Below the pieces are notes generated by a model, which saw nothing but the letters and a program-made list of their open reading frames with translations, made no database searches and had not been told where the DNA came from. Made by a program: the position numbers and the translations under genes. This document shows positions 13,761-26,794 of a DNA stretch of 64,000 nt, piece after piece. Position 1 is the first letter of the stretch; every line of letters begins with the position of its first letter. Source of the stretch: Eledone cirrhosa (lineage: Eukaryota). The DNA lies in the NCBI GenBank assembly GCA_964016885.1, contig OZ024742.1, positions 90,272,001 to 90,336,000 on the forward strand, given 5' to 3'.

Positions 13761-14169
13761 TACTTCATTTTGCTCTCGAACGCTGCTATCATGTGTGTGT
13801 GACTGTATGTGTGTATTTGTGTAAATGTATATGTGTGAATATGTCCTTGAGCGTGTATTTTTGTAAGTTTGTATTTGCGCGATTATAGTTATATACTCAT
13901 ACATATAGATGTATGTATATGCACATACAGACATGCACACACATGCGTCAGCGTATTGAAAAAAGTCGTAATCTCTTCATCTATCTCTTTCACTCATTCT
14001 CTCAAATTATTTATATTTAATCAAGAGTTACGAAATTTAGTACATAAATTATGTAATATTCATTCATTATTTATTCAAAGTAATCCAACTTATTTCAATA
14101 ACTGGATTAAAAGAAAGAAATCGGATGCTGTCCAGCACTTCTCCCTTTATTATAGTATAGATGTACTAT

Positions 14170-15810
14170 TTAGAATAACCGAATGATTCTCAGCTCTGGA
14201 GTTTAAGAATGATGTCATATTCCACGCTAGGAAGACTGCCTTGCTCTTTGAAAACTCCACTTGGTTAAAGAGAGCTCCAGACTCTCATTTCGACGTCAGT
14301 ATGGGCTCGACTGACTCGGTCATGGTGACCGACCTTATAGGACTATACATACTCCATAAACACATCGAAAAGTTTCGTGTGTTCGGCGGTGGTCTGTATC
14401 GAGATTACGGTCTTCTTACCCTCACAGGGTACAACCCCAGTACACGGACCGGGTCCGTAAACACCACATGAAATTATTCCGGGATTTGGGTTTCAAAATC
14501 AGCCTACAGTCGTCCCTTACCCGCATCAATTTTCTGGATGTTACATACAACCTGGAGAATCATTTGTACTACCCACATAGGAAACCTAATGCGAATTTAC
14601 ACTCTATCCAGCAGAGTTCTAACCATCCAAGGGACATTACCAATAACTTAGTAAAAAAAATCTCGCTCCGCATACCTCGCTTGTCCGCAAGCGAGCAGAT
14701 CTTCAAAGAACACGTGCCATATTACAACTAGGCCTTCAAAAGAAGCGGATTCTTATTATCCAGGCCCTTCTAGCGGATCCAGCAGGTGACGCCGCCACTC
14801 ACGCCAGGTAACGTGGTTCAACCCTCACCACTATGTCGAGACTGCAACACCAATTGGCAAGATCTTCTTCAGACTTCTCGATAAACAATTCTCATCCAAC
14901 ACCGCTACCACAATATCATCAACAAAAACACTGTTAAAATTTCTTTACAGCACTACACCCAACTTTGCACAAAACATTTCTTCATCTAACAATAAAAAAA
15001 CTCCTCTCTAGCAGAATAAATAACAACGATATTGGAAGTGATCAAACTAGGAAGTGTAACTGTCCGGATCGTGCCCCCATCGTGCCCCCACAACAATAGA
15101 TGCCGAGGACAAAACGTGGTCTACCAGTGCAATATGAGGATGGAAAACTCCAACAGGCCTACATCGGATTAACCGCCTCCGATTTTAAGACCCGGTATTA
15201 TTAACACCAACACCAACACACATCTAGAAACCCGGCCCGGCGATAAGCGGCAGCATTTTCTGGCCATATATTGGGACCTCCAAGACAACAATATTACCTA
15301 CCATCTAAGTTGGAACATACTTTCCAAGACAAAATCTTACTCGGGAGGACGCCGTCCGTGTAATCTATGCTCGGAGAAAACAATCCAGATGCTGTTTGCA
15401 AAGGCCCGACTTTTAAACAAAAATGATGAACTCGTTCCCTCGTGTAAATACAGAATACATAGGACATATCGTATCTTCAAACCCTCTCACGACCCAGGTG
15501 GGTAGACCTCGGTTGTATCTCCTTCCTAATTACAAAGTAAGTATGAATAAATATATATACGAAACCATGTTAGAGGTAACTAAATATGTTCACTTTTCTC
15601 CTAGTTTATTTTACACCTAATTCTGTTTAGTTGACTGTATATCTGGTCGATTTATACACGCTGTCGAAATACTCGATAAATACTCCGTCACAACCGCCGC
15701 GAAGGGCTGCTTTCGGTTATTTGTCGGAGATTTCTTCATAGAAACCTTTATTCGTATAGCTTGGTCTAATCGATTTTTTATACGGTTAATTATGCTAATT
15801 GGGAGACGAA
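14170..15810 (+). mobile_element. Degenerate Penelope-like element (GLYRDDGL-type RT, Cys-flanked C-terminal GIY-YIG)
   Basis: FDVSMGSTDS..GGGLYRDYGL, INFLDVTYNL, HRKPN..SSNHP; downstream CNC / YIGLT / CNLC remnants at 15050-15380. Confidence 0.85.
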
Positions 15811-15819
15811 ACGGTATAT

Positions 15820-16567
15820 ATTTCGAGTGGGTTAATCGGCCGGGCGCACCGAAAACGGATGGAAAAAATGAAACGAAATTTCATTTCTCACTCTTAGTAC
15901 GGCTGTTACTTACATATAAGTATGTATACGTACATACATATATGTATACAGACGTAGAGTAGTATGTATATATATACATACATGCACACATATATATATA
16001 TATGTACGTATGGATTTACCGAACATTTATTATAATGCTCGGTTTGTTTGTAAACAAACAAACATCCCGATTTAAGCCGTACAGTGTTTAGCAACCATCG
16101 TTGCCCTTTTGTTCAACACTGACAAAGGAACGATGTACTAGTTTCAAGCTTATTATCTATCGTCAGCACCGTATACCTTCCTGCCAGATGATTGAACGTC
16201 TGAATGTTCATACTTTCCTTATGCATATTAACGGTTGAGCAGCCCAATTTGGATATCGAGTGAGTTAATCGGCCGGGCGCACCGAAAACGATAAATGGAA
16301 AAAATGAAACGAAATTTCATTTCTCACACTTAGTACGGCTGTTACTTACATATAAGTATGTATACGTACATACATATATGTATACAGACGTAGAGTAGTA
16401 TGTATAAAATATACATACATGCACACATATATATATGTACGATGGATTTACCGAACATTTATTATAATGCTCGGTTTGCTTGTAAACAAACAAACATCCC
16501 GAATTAAGCCGTACAGTGTTTAGTAACAGCCGTACTAAGAGTGAGAAATGAAATTTCGTTTCATTTT

Positions 16568-16570
<3 letters not shown>
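15820..16570 (-). mobile_element. Family A ~436-bp partial tandem with short inverted arm (16523-16570)
   Basis: Unit start recurs at 15868 and 16304; HHR at 16131-16171 (-); right end in (TA)n. Confidence 0.75.
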
Positions 16571-16620
<50 letters not shown>

Positions 16621-16623
<3 letters not shown>

Positions 16624-17185
16624 CGTCCGAAACGTTAAGACCCTCTTCCCGCTATATCAAGCGTTAACCTAATATATACCTTTCACATACTGTACCGATT
16701 GTGTTGTTAATTTTGTTTACCTTTTATATACACATATGTATATCAACGACTACGTGGACCTCTCAAAATTCGCTGGATTTTCTGATTGGACTTTCACCTC
16801 GAAACTGGATACCAACCAGGAGTACACCTGAACTTCCACCAGAAAATCTTTCGTATCTTTGAAATTTTCTTTGCTTCTTGCATTTAAATATTCCACGACT
16901 CTCTACCACTTTTCCTTTACTACATTCTTCTCAGCCGTCTATTTTTCACTCCCACCCAAGTACCTTCGATATACCGAATCTCAAATCTTTTCTATTTGTA
17001 TCTAAAGACATTGTTTCTAATTCCATCCCGCCCGTCCCCTTAATCTATTTTATTTCTCATTCTTTCTTCTGATGAAGGACTAGCGACCGAAACGTTAAGA
17101 CCTTCTTCCTGCTATATCAAGCGTTAACCTAATATATACCTTCCTTATACTGTACAGATTGCGTTGTTATTTCTGTTAACCATTT
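16621..17185 (+). mobile_element. ~460-bp partial tandem PLE terminal / retrozyme-like unit
   Basis: TAGCG(T/A)CCGAAACGTTAAGACC..ATACTGTAC repeated at 16621 and 17081; starts at (TA)n. Confidence 0.7.
17065..17100 (+). ncRNA. Minimal type I hammerhead ribozyme
   Basis: UCUU-CUGAUGA-AGGACUAGCGACC-GAAA-CG-UU-AAGA; the partial copy at 16621 reads UAGC-GUCC, which restores stem II GGAC/GUCC; palindromic AACGUU stem III. Confidence 0.8.
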
Positions 17186-17204
17186 ACACACACACACACA
17201 CATA

Positions 17205-17520
17205 TATATATAAGAACGTAGATTTTATATGTGGCAGGTGCTCAGGTGCAATAGATAGCAAGTGCCCACAGCTTATTAGCTCCTTCAATTGCCCAGATTG
17301 TTCTATAGAAATAGTGGACGCCTTCCGTTACCTGGGTGACAAAATCAACAATATATGTTTTCTGAAAGTACAGTAGCCAAAGTCAGAATGGGATGGAAAA
17401 AGTTCAGAGAGCTTATACCACGATTGGCCACTACAGATTTCTCTCTACAAATGAAAGGCAGACTGTAGGATGCCTGCATACGAACAGCAATGTTACATGG
17501 CTGTGAATCATAGGCATTGT
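17205..17520 (+). mobile_element. RTE-like LINE fragment
   Basis: FICGRCSGAI..IEIVDAFRYLGD and downstream KVRMGWKKFREL. Confidence 0.65.
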
Positions 17521-17589
17521 GTTCGCTACTGCTGCACTTAGGTTACCTTCGTAACATGCTGTAGGCTCATCCGGGATCCTAAATAGGGC

Positions 17590-18221
17590 CTTTGGACCCC
17601 TGGCTATTGCAATATCTGCTCCTTATCCTAGATGTGGAAGACGGGACGGGACGTTTGGCACCACACTGTGATGTTCTGTTCGGGAGTTGGTCCAGCTCCC
17701 AATGCCAAAGTTCGGTAATAGTCCTTCCAGGATTTTCCCTATGTATAGCACTGCGTATCTCTCCCTTCTTCGTTCCAAGGAGTAGAGGTTTAGTTCTTTT
17801 AGCCTCTCCCAGTAGCTTATCTCCTTCATCGTCGCAACCCTCTTGGTGTAGCTTCGCTGGATTGCCTCAAGCTCCCTGGTTAGTTTGACACTATGGGGTG
17901 ACCACAGCTGGGAGCCATAGACCAGGAGGCTTAGGACAAATGTCCTCCATACTATCAACATGGTGTCTCGGTGTCTTGTCCAGAAACTCCTCAAGATCCA
18001 GCCAGCGAGTCATCTGCACATTGTCGCCCTTTCCATGATGCGGGAAGAAAAAGATGCATTGTCGCTCATGTCTATTCTCAGGACTCGTATCGATTTCGAG
18101 CGGAATTTCGATCCCTTCTGGCCCGGTGTATCTGTGTTGTATTGTCTCTGTATTTGCAGGTTTGTATTGTAGACCTTGAAATTTTCCAGCATTAAACTGG
18201 ATATTGTTGTCCTCAGCCCAT

Positions 18222-18222
<1 letters not shown>
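17590..18222 (-). mobile_element. CR1/L2-type LINE, 3' RT/thumb region
   Basis: WAEDNNIQFNAGKFQ; YGSQLWSP..LEAIQRSYTKRV..SYWERLKELNLYSLERRRER. Confidence 0.85.
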
Positions 18223-18717
<495 letters not shown>

Positions 18718-18800
18718 CATCAAGTGTAAATGTGTATCAACTTTACTCATATAGTTGCCAAATTTAAACAATATTAATATTCGCTTTTTTATTATTTTAG

Positions 18801-19510
18801 GTTATGGTTACTGTGGTACCCAGGTGTATAACCCTGCGACTCAAATTTGCTGTGAATCTCAGGTTTTATCCAAAAATGGATTGAAGAGTCCTGCTTGCTG
18901 TGGAAGTGTAGTATTTGATAGGGAAGATCAATTATGTTGCGCTGGTACTTTAATAGATAAGGCAGCAGATATGAATGCATGTTGTGGCAACGCGGGGATA
19001 GATGCATCTCTTACGGTCTGTTGTGGGGGGAAAAATACAGTCAGGCTCACCCACATATGTTGTGGTGGGGTAGCAGTTAAAAGAGAAACTGTAGTTGATG
19101 GTTGTTGCGGGGCAGCTCTTATCAATACATACAAAGAACTTTGCTGTGGTGGGGTTAAAAAGGTGATCGCAACCAGCTTTCCTGGAGGTTCTAATGTCAT
19201 AGAAAACACATACGCTTGTTGTGGATCCAACATTTACAAAACAACTGAAAACGAATGTGTCGCTGGAAATATCAGGCCAAAGCATGTCCATTATCCACAT
19301 CCACCGATGCTACCACCCAGAATACCAATACCACCACCCCAACTACCAATACCGCATCCCCATCTACCAATACCACATCCCCAACTACCAATACCACCAC
19401 CCCAACTACCAATACCGCATCCCCATCTACCAATACCACATCCCCAACTACCAATACCACCACCCCAACTACCACTATATCCATGGTGGACACGGCCGGG
19501 GTGGCAATAA
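18801..19510 (+). CDS. Terminal coding exon of a galaxin-like dicysteine-repeat protein with Pro/His-rich C-terminal repeat
   Basis: Acceptor TTTTTTATTATTTTAG|G at 18800/18801; open frame with repeated YNPATQICC / ACCG..F/Y....QLCC motifs; TAA at 19508-19510; AATAAA downstream. Upstream exons not identified. Confidence 0.85.
19318..19475 (+). repeat. Coding minisatellite, 21-bp unit with 63-bp higher-order repeat (PIPPPQL/PIPHPHL/PIPHPQL)
   Basis: CCAATACCACCACCCCAACTA variants in tandem, in frame. Confidence 0.9.
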
Positions 19511-19525
19511 GCTTTGCTTGATATC

Positions 19526-19544
19526 AATAAATGCATTCAATAAA
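19526..19544 (+). terminator. Two polyadenylation signals
   Basis: AATAAA at 19526 and 19539, followed by a T/GT-rich tract. Confidence 0.6.
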
Positions 19545-20249
19545 CATATATGAATCCATGTTTTGTCTGTTTATTTTGTTTTATATATAACATATATTTG
19601 TCCGGAATTTTAGATAGTATTTTAACCTCTTTAGTTATGGAGGAGAAAAATATCAAACGTATCCTAGCGGCAAAGATCACTTCAAATATATTCTCAAAAA
19701 ACAGTATTTCAAGAGCCATGTTTTCCATTAATTATCCGTGATTCAAACTTTCCAATCATAAAAAAATATTTAAAAGGTAAATAAACAAGGTGAAATTGTA
19801 AACGAGAGGGTTGCTTGAACCAGAAATGTAGTGTGTCGAGAGTGAAAACGTTAAATGGTTATTGAAAGGTTTTGCTCGCACAACTGACTAGTTAACATTT
19901 CCACACAGACGAGTGGGAGCTCTGTCAGCTTGACATCGTAATTTATTTGTCTTAGAAGGTTGACTTCTAAGACTAATGAACATCATATTCCCACAAATCT
20001 TGAACCTGTTGTTGGCTTTTCGTTCATCAATCAAGTATTCTCAGTATACTACCCAATGCTCATTTGCATGATATTCCATTGCTTTATTATTATTGCCGCA
20101 TCTTAATGACTTGAAACAATTAGTTTAAGAAAGGAAAAGATAATGGTTATTGATCATTCGAAAATCCAATCGCATAGACCAAATATAATTCATCTTAACC
20201 AGTCAAAGACAAATAATTCAAAACTGTGCATTTATGAATAGAGTAAACA

Positions 20250-21900
20250 TTGGGAATCGTAGAATAGTTAGGACAAAATTTAAAATAAACCAAAATTAGC
20301 AAGACTTCAAATTATAAATAAAGAAACTAAAAATTATAAATAGCGTCGATAAGATTTCTAAATAGAGCTAAGTATATTATTAGTGTCAAAATAGAGAATT
20401 GATGGAAGTAATTTGTCAGCATTCTTTAAAACGAAATATGAAACGCTGCAATGATAATAGAAGTTGGCATCATTTTCAACAAATAGATTTAGTAGTTAAG
20501 ATGGAAATAGATGGAAAATAGCATAGCTAGACAGTAGAAGAAATAAAGCTGAATAGAAACTGTACAGAATTATATTCTGGAAAAGTAGAATATTCGGAAA
20601 AAGCGTTTTGAAAGATGAGATTAATTCGTACCTACCAAATCTTTCATATAACAGGCATAAAAATATAGACAGAAAATCAATCTGGTTAAGCTCTCCCTAG
20701 TACGGTAAAGGTTAAGCTCTCCCTAGTACGTAAAGGTAAACGTAGATAAGAAGTTCTTAGAAAATGAGAAAACTTGGACGAAAAAGACGGAGACCATCAG
20801 ACGCCCCCAAAAAGGGAAAATTTAGAAACGATTTTGGAGAGCGGAGTAAGCATAAATAAAATAGAAAATGAAACGTACAAAAGTACAATAAAAATTTGAG
20901 GAAAAGAAATAAATATTTAAAGTAGTCTATAATCGAGATATTAAATACATGTTTAAAACTTATATCAGATACTACATAGTTTGCCATTAAATGACATATC
21001 TGTCAACCACAAGGAACTACCATTACAAATTTATTCTGTAGAGACTAAAGACAATATAGATGTAACCATCTCAATAGACATAATAAAAATACGATGACAC
21101 CTATAATAATATATACCAAAATACAACAGCCAAGATACACCTGGGTGGTGACTGCTCAAAGACGTTCCTTATACAACGTAGTTTCATCTAACCGCAAAGT
21201 GGAATATTGTTAACTGGAGAGCACTCAAGAGATTTAAGTTTTGTAGATGACAGGAATCCTCACAAATACAGCTATGAGATTTAAATGACGTCTATACCAA
21301 ATGTATAGAAAAAAATAAACATTTTCGGTTTGAACATTCAGAATGAGAAACCAGGTACAAAACAATGCAGCAACACACAGTAAGAGATTAAAAGAAAAGA
21401 CACTTTAATAAAGAATGTAAATAATTACGAATATCTAGGTCAGAATTATCAGACAAAGCAAAGAAATAAATTTGAGAACAAGAACAATGGTGAGATAAAT
21501 TTGTTTAAGAAGGAACGATAATATATACGGCGATAAGATTACCTATGTTGGTGAAAAGGAATGTGTTCAATCACTAATGTTTGCACTGTTGTATATGCAA
21601 GGGGAACGTGGAAGACATACCAGAGTTATGTGCTTGTGTGTGAAGAAAGGGATGAGAAAGAGGACAGTAATTAGAAATATACTTAAGGAAATAACAATGA
21701 AAAACAAAGTAAAGGTCGGCAGTAATTTTTAAACAAAACGGCAGACGATAGGTGGACAAAGAGAACCACTGACTGGATTACAGGAGAGAGATGGAAATAG
21801 AGCAGTAAACAGAAATTCATGAAGACGAACAGGAGAAGTACAAGACAAATTTGAACAAGAATAGCGTTGAACATAAAGTATGTAAGGGGCGTCAAAAGGG
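20250..21900 (+). mobile_element. Highly decayed RTE-like LINE
   Basis: Scattered remnants: LRF.DD-like segment near 21235, NVNNYEYLGQ near 21415, DRWTKRTTDW near 21750. Confidence 0.5.
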
Positions 21901-22402
21901 ATACGTTCAGGAATGAAATGCCAAGCCCTAAAGAAGTGCGCGGCTATCTCTGGCAACAACATATATACGGCCGAGACAAAAGAGTGCAAGATATATAGCT
22001 AAGGGCTCTGTGATTCATATCGTTCCAGTGATGTTTCCTGAGACCATATGTAATGTACGTAACTCTCATTAGCTGAGACTACAAAGATTGAAGTGGGTAA
22101 TTGACTAGAGAGAAAATGAGCCCAATTCCATTAGATTGTGTTTGGCTATAGGGGTTAATCTATCGCCAAGTTTAAAACCATCACCGCTGGCATGATTTAT
22201 TTTTGTGATGAGCCTGGAGATTTAGAATAATATTATTGGGTTTTTTTAAATGCTTCAAACTATCAATCGTATTAGATGCAAATATGTCAGTGGTGAATTT
22301 CCTATGTATAATTCTAAATCGGTCCAATGGCTTGATTTTTCTGTATAGATTTACCAGCGTAATTTGAGTTACATCTTAATTGCCTACCAGCACGAGCGCT
22401 TA

Positions 22403-23504
22403 TCTATATATATAAAACTGTGGTTGTCTGTCTGTCTATCGATTTTTGGCACACATCTCCTCTTAGAATCTCTGACGGAATTGCACCGAAATTGCTATAC
22501 TTGTACATTGAGCCCTAGCGAAGACATCGGAAAAAAATATTTCAAATTGACCCACCCTATGTGACGAAATCGAATATAATGTATCGATTTTTGAGCGTAA
22601 GTTATCAGTTATTTCCCTTTGTTCTGTTTACATTGAGCGTCTTACGTAAAAAATTACGCTGGCTTTCTCAGCGTTTAAAATGACATTAACACAATACACG
22701 AACAGTTGTCGAGCCAGCAAAATATTGACCTGCAAAATTCATCAGTTCGAACACTAAGCTTCCGTTTTGCTTCATTTCCATTTAAAAGCATTTTAAAACA
22801 ATATTTTTACTTGAAAACAAGTCTATTTAAAGACTACGTAAAACAAGCAAATATTTCGTAAAAAAAAGCAAAAATTATATAAGTTTATTTAAAATATATG
22901 TATCTGTAAATTTCGTTAGGCGTGCAGACAGACAGTCGTGCAGACAGACAGTCGTGCAGACAGACAGTCGTGCAGACAGACAGTCGTGCAGACAGACAGT
23001 CGTGCAGACAGACAGTCGTGCAGAGAGGTGATATACGCGTGCAGACAGATAGTCGTGCAGAGAGGTGATATAGGCGTGCAGACAGACAGTCGTGCAGAGA
23101 GGTGATATAGGCGTGCAGACAGACAGTCGTGCAGAGAGGTGATATAGGCGTGCAGACAGACAGTCGTGCAGAGAGGTGATATAGGCGTGCAGACAGACAT
23201 AACTGATAATTTGGTTACGCTAATGTTTTTCTCTGCGTTGCAGTGTTTACATTTTCGATCTTTGTTAATAAATAACCAGTGCAGTTTCTATCCCCAGCAT
23301 CCTCTTTTGTTATAACATTCGGGTTATCGTTATGTTTTCTTAACTTCATAAGGCATATTGTTGGTTGAGGGAATATTAATCAAAAACACCACATGCAAGT
23401 CTGCACAGTAGACACTACAGTTTTTAAGCCAAGAAAGAAACTTAACATTGTAACTTTAACACAGCTACTGAGCGACCCCGAGCAACGCCGGGCTTTACTG
23501 TTAG
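22403..23504 (+). mobile_element. Non-autonomous Helitron
   Basis: 5' TCTATATATATAAA followed by (CTGT)n; 3' hairpin CCCG-AGCAACGC-CGGG (23477-23492) then TTAG (CTAG variant); sits between A and T. Confidence 0.7.
22918..23200. repeat. Minisatellite inside the Helitron: 16-bp CGTGCAGACAGACAGT units grading into 37-bp units
   Basis: Directly visible. Confidence 0.95.
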
Positions 23505-23799
23505 TTATATATGAATTAGAATGTCCATTTTCAGACGGCAAAAAACAAAGAAAAGACGTCGCTCCTATGGCACTACGAAAAAGTTGACATTTCTATCACG
23601 TAGAACTAGACATCACACAGATCTTAAATCTTTCATTATATTTATCTTGCTGTATAACAATTCTATACAGTTTTTAATTATGATAATCTTAACTACACTA
23701 GTAATGGCGACGCTGGGTTACGCAGTAATAAGCATAACTACTGCTGCTGCCCACCAAATGTAAGAAGAAAAAGTTAAAGAGAAGAGAAAGATTAAACAA

Positions 23800-25410
23800 T
23801 AATTCCAACCTATCGCACTGAGCAAAGTCCTCCGACATCTTGTAGCCAAGATAGCTTGTAAGTCAGTCAAATATGACCTGGGCGAGGCGCTAAGCTCTGT
23901 TCAGCTCGGAGTGAGAGCTGTGTGGATGTAAGGTGGCAGCACATGCAGCTAGATACTTCTTGGACACATGCCTCTTTCGACATTCTACCTCCTAAAGAAG
24001 TAGAAAACGAGAAACGCTTTCAACAGCGGAAGGCGAGATCACGTCTTAGACGAGCCCCTTTGATATTCCCTCATGTTCACCTCTCGTACGGGACACCAAA
24101 CATACTCATTGCCGCTGACAACAAGGTCACTTCTGCTACAGATATCCAGCATGAAGACAAACTTGTTCCGCTCCTCTTTGTGCTGGCAGGCGTAAGGTTT
24201 CCCACTCTGCCGGTCGCCCTTCATTGGCTTGTACCTGGACTACGTGACCCCTAAGGGCTCAGTTGAGTCGGCAGTTAGGTACCTCCGGGTAATCATACAG
24301 CTTCGGACTTGAGATAAACCCATCCAAGTCCGAGTTGATAAACGTAAGCTACGGTGAGGCCACTTCTACGACGCCATACACAGCATCCACCCCGTATTGT
24401 CCGGAGCTCGGCCTATGCCCAAAGACTATGTCTGCTTTCACGGCTCTCCAATTCTCTTGACAACCATACTAGAGTGCCTGGAGACCAAGCACGCAGACCT
24501 GTTTAGGATGATGGAGAGGCGCTTTTCATCCAGAGGAACTGCCTTCCCGTTTCTAACTTCTTGTTAACACACTCGTCTCTCTCTCGTAGATCACCTCGGT
24601 GAACTTGATGCCACTATCCCACGCTGTGTGGAACTCATCCGTAACGTTAGTTTCGACAGTGCCGGCTGGCAAAAGGCGAGACTCCCTGTGGGGTTTAGTG
24701 GCCTCGGCCTCCATCCGCTCCAAATCTAGCACTGTTGGCCTGCTTCTCCTCAAATCTACCTTCATAGGGCTCGATTCAGGCTTAAAGCAATACAGCCTCG
24801 CCTGCCTCTGTCCCGCTTCGCAGTCAAACAGCGGCACGTGCATCAATTCAGTGCCCCCTTCATCAACCGGTAGCTTTCTTGTTGATGTGTGCACTCGAAT
24901 CGGAATGGCCCAAGGCCTCGGCTTCCGCATGTGTGGACCACACGCATGCCGTTGTGGAGCTGTCATCGATTAATTCGGCCTGCACCTAAACTCATGCCAC
25001 CACAATGCAAGCCAGTTTCCCCGAGATACCGCTGCCAACGACATAATGAGAAGAAGCTTAGAGGCAGCCGGTTTCCCATTACAACTGGAGCCAGTAGACG
25101 TCGACCATGGAGACGGCAAGAGACACGGCGGATTTACCTTCTTTCCATTAGAGAGAGGTAAATCTGGAACGCGACACACTGCGATACGTTCTCCACATTG
25201 AACTCAGTCGCTTCGACCAAAAATCTTGCATGCTATGCAGAGGATAGAAAGCCAAGCAAATACACGAGCTGGACCACCCGGTTCCTCCTTGCACCGGTCG
25301 TCATCGAAACTTCAGGCGTCCTCCGATTCCATACAGCTGACTTCCTCTGTAGAATCGCAGATATAACATTACCGTGCCACGTCGGCTGCTCAGCACACTT
25401 CAAGATGTAT
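23800..25410 (+). mobile_element. Degenerate CRE-like (RLE) non-LTR retrotransposon
   Basis: QHEDKLVPLLFVLA and WLYLDYVTL-like RT remnants; CGPHACRCGAVID zinc knuckle; DGKRHGGFTFFP and APVVIETSG RLE motifs. Confidence 0.7.
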
Positions 25411-25856
25411 ATCTTAATTAACTACCAGCACGAACGCTAATTATATGCGGACTAATACGTTCATTTTCGGAATTTTCATAAATTTTTATGAAACTTATCT
25501 ATAACTGTGAATTTTTAATGAGTTTTTGATCTCTTATTTGTAGTATAATATAATATAGTATATGCATATATTTCTTTTAAATATATTTACTGCACTATAA
25601 AATCTAAAATTTAAGACAGATTCAAATTTATATATAAATGTGAATTTTTGGTGCGCTTTTGATCTCTTATTTATAATATAATTTATTATAATATGTATGT
25701 AGTTATATATTATATTTTATATATTTTTAAATATTTTAAAATATACCTACCACATTTCTATATATATGATTCTAATATAGAGAAAATATCCAAACTAAAA
25801 ATTATTATAGACATTATTTTGAACTCTGAATTATCCATATACTCATTATTGTTTTT

Positions 25857-25890
<34 letters not shown>

Positions 25891-25894
<4 letters not shown>

Positions 25895-26078
25895 AACCAG
25901 TAAGACCCCGACAGCTGAGCTCAAGCCGTTTCGACGGCTAATTCTCAGAATTAGCCGTCGGAACGGCTTGAGCTCAGCTGTCGGGGTCTTACTGGTTCCT
26001 ATTACCCACTCTACTACCCCAAGTATTGAGTACTTTGGTGCGTTATGGTCCACCAGGTTCCTTACCACATTTCCTTCG

Positions 26079-26080
<2 letters not shown>
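25891..26080 (+). mobile_element. Family C hairpin element
   Basis: Near-perfect palindrome 25891-26002 centred on GGCTAATTCT-C-AGAATTAGCC, long arm continues to 26080; (TA)n both sides. Confidence 0.8.
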
Positions 26081-26114
<34 letters not shown>

Positions 26115-26794
26115 TTAAACGTAACACGTTGAACTCTACTTTATAAAATTATAACTGTTATCATTTACCTAAAGTACTAATATATATCTATATATATATA
26201 CCTCTCTGTATCTAATAATATGTTGATATCTTGGTTGAAGAATAATTAGTACATTTACACCCAGTTATACATAGGTATATATTTATCCTTAACATCCTCC
26301 AATCTAGTATGTTATTTTATTTTTATCTTCGTCGTTATTATTTACCTTAAACATACTGGCTCATTAATATATACCTATATACATAATAGTTATTTAAATA
26401 TTTATAACAATAAGTACGTCAAAAGCTTTACATACCTAATATGTTGGTATCTTTGTTAAAGTTTAAATTTAGGTAAATGATCAACAGTATAATATTTCAT
26501 TCTTTATGTGCCAGCTAAATCCTTTAAATGTTACCCTCATAAAATTCAGAAGTTTAGAAATGATAACACACTTATCGAATTTATAAAAATAATATATAAT
26601 AATCAGCAAATAATCCTGAAATCTGGAGTCTTCACCCTAATATTATAAATTAAATATTTTTAAATTTAACCGTATAACTTTCGGAAAAAATCCCCTTCTG
26701 CATATATCAGCCCCCCTCCCCCTCCACCATTTATCTTACCCTCTTTGTAAATCCTTTTCCAGTGGCTATTACTGGCTGTTATGATTCATGTATA

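Noticed and set aside
18755-18800. N-terminal part of the predicted 251-aa ORF
   Set aside because: Non-ATG start in AT-rich sequence upstream of a clear splice acceptor; intronic
18928-19553. Overlapping ORFs in other frames and on the opposite strand
   Set aside because: Shadows of the galaxin-like exon and its 21-bp repeat
22918-23200. Repeat array superficially like CRISPR
   Set aside because: No unique spacers, eukaryotic context, lies in a Helitron
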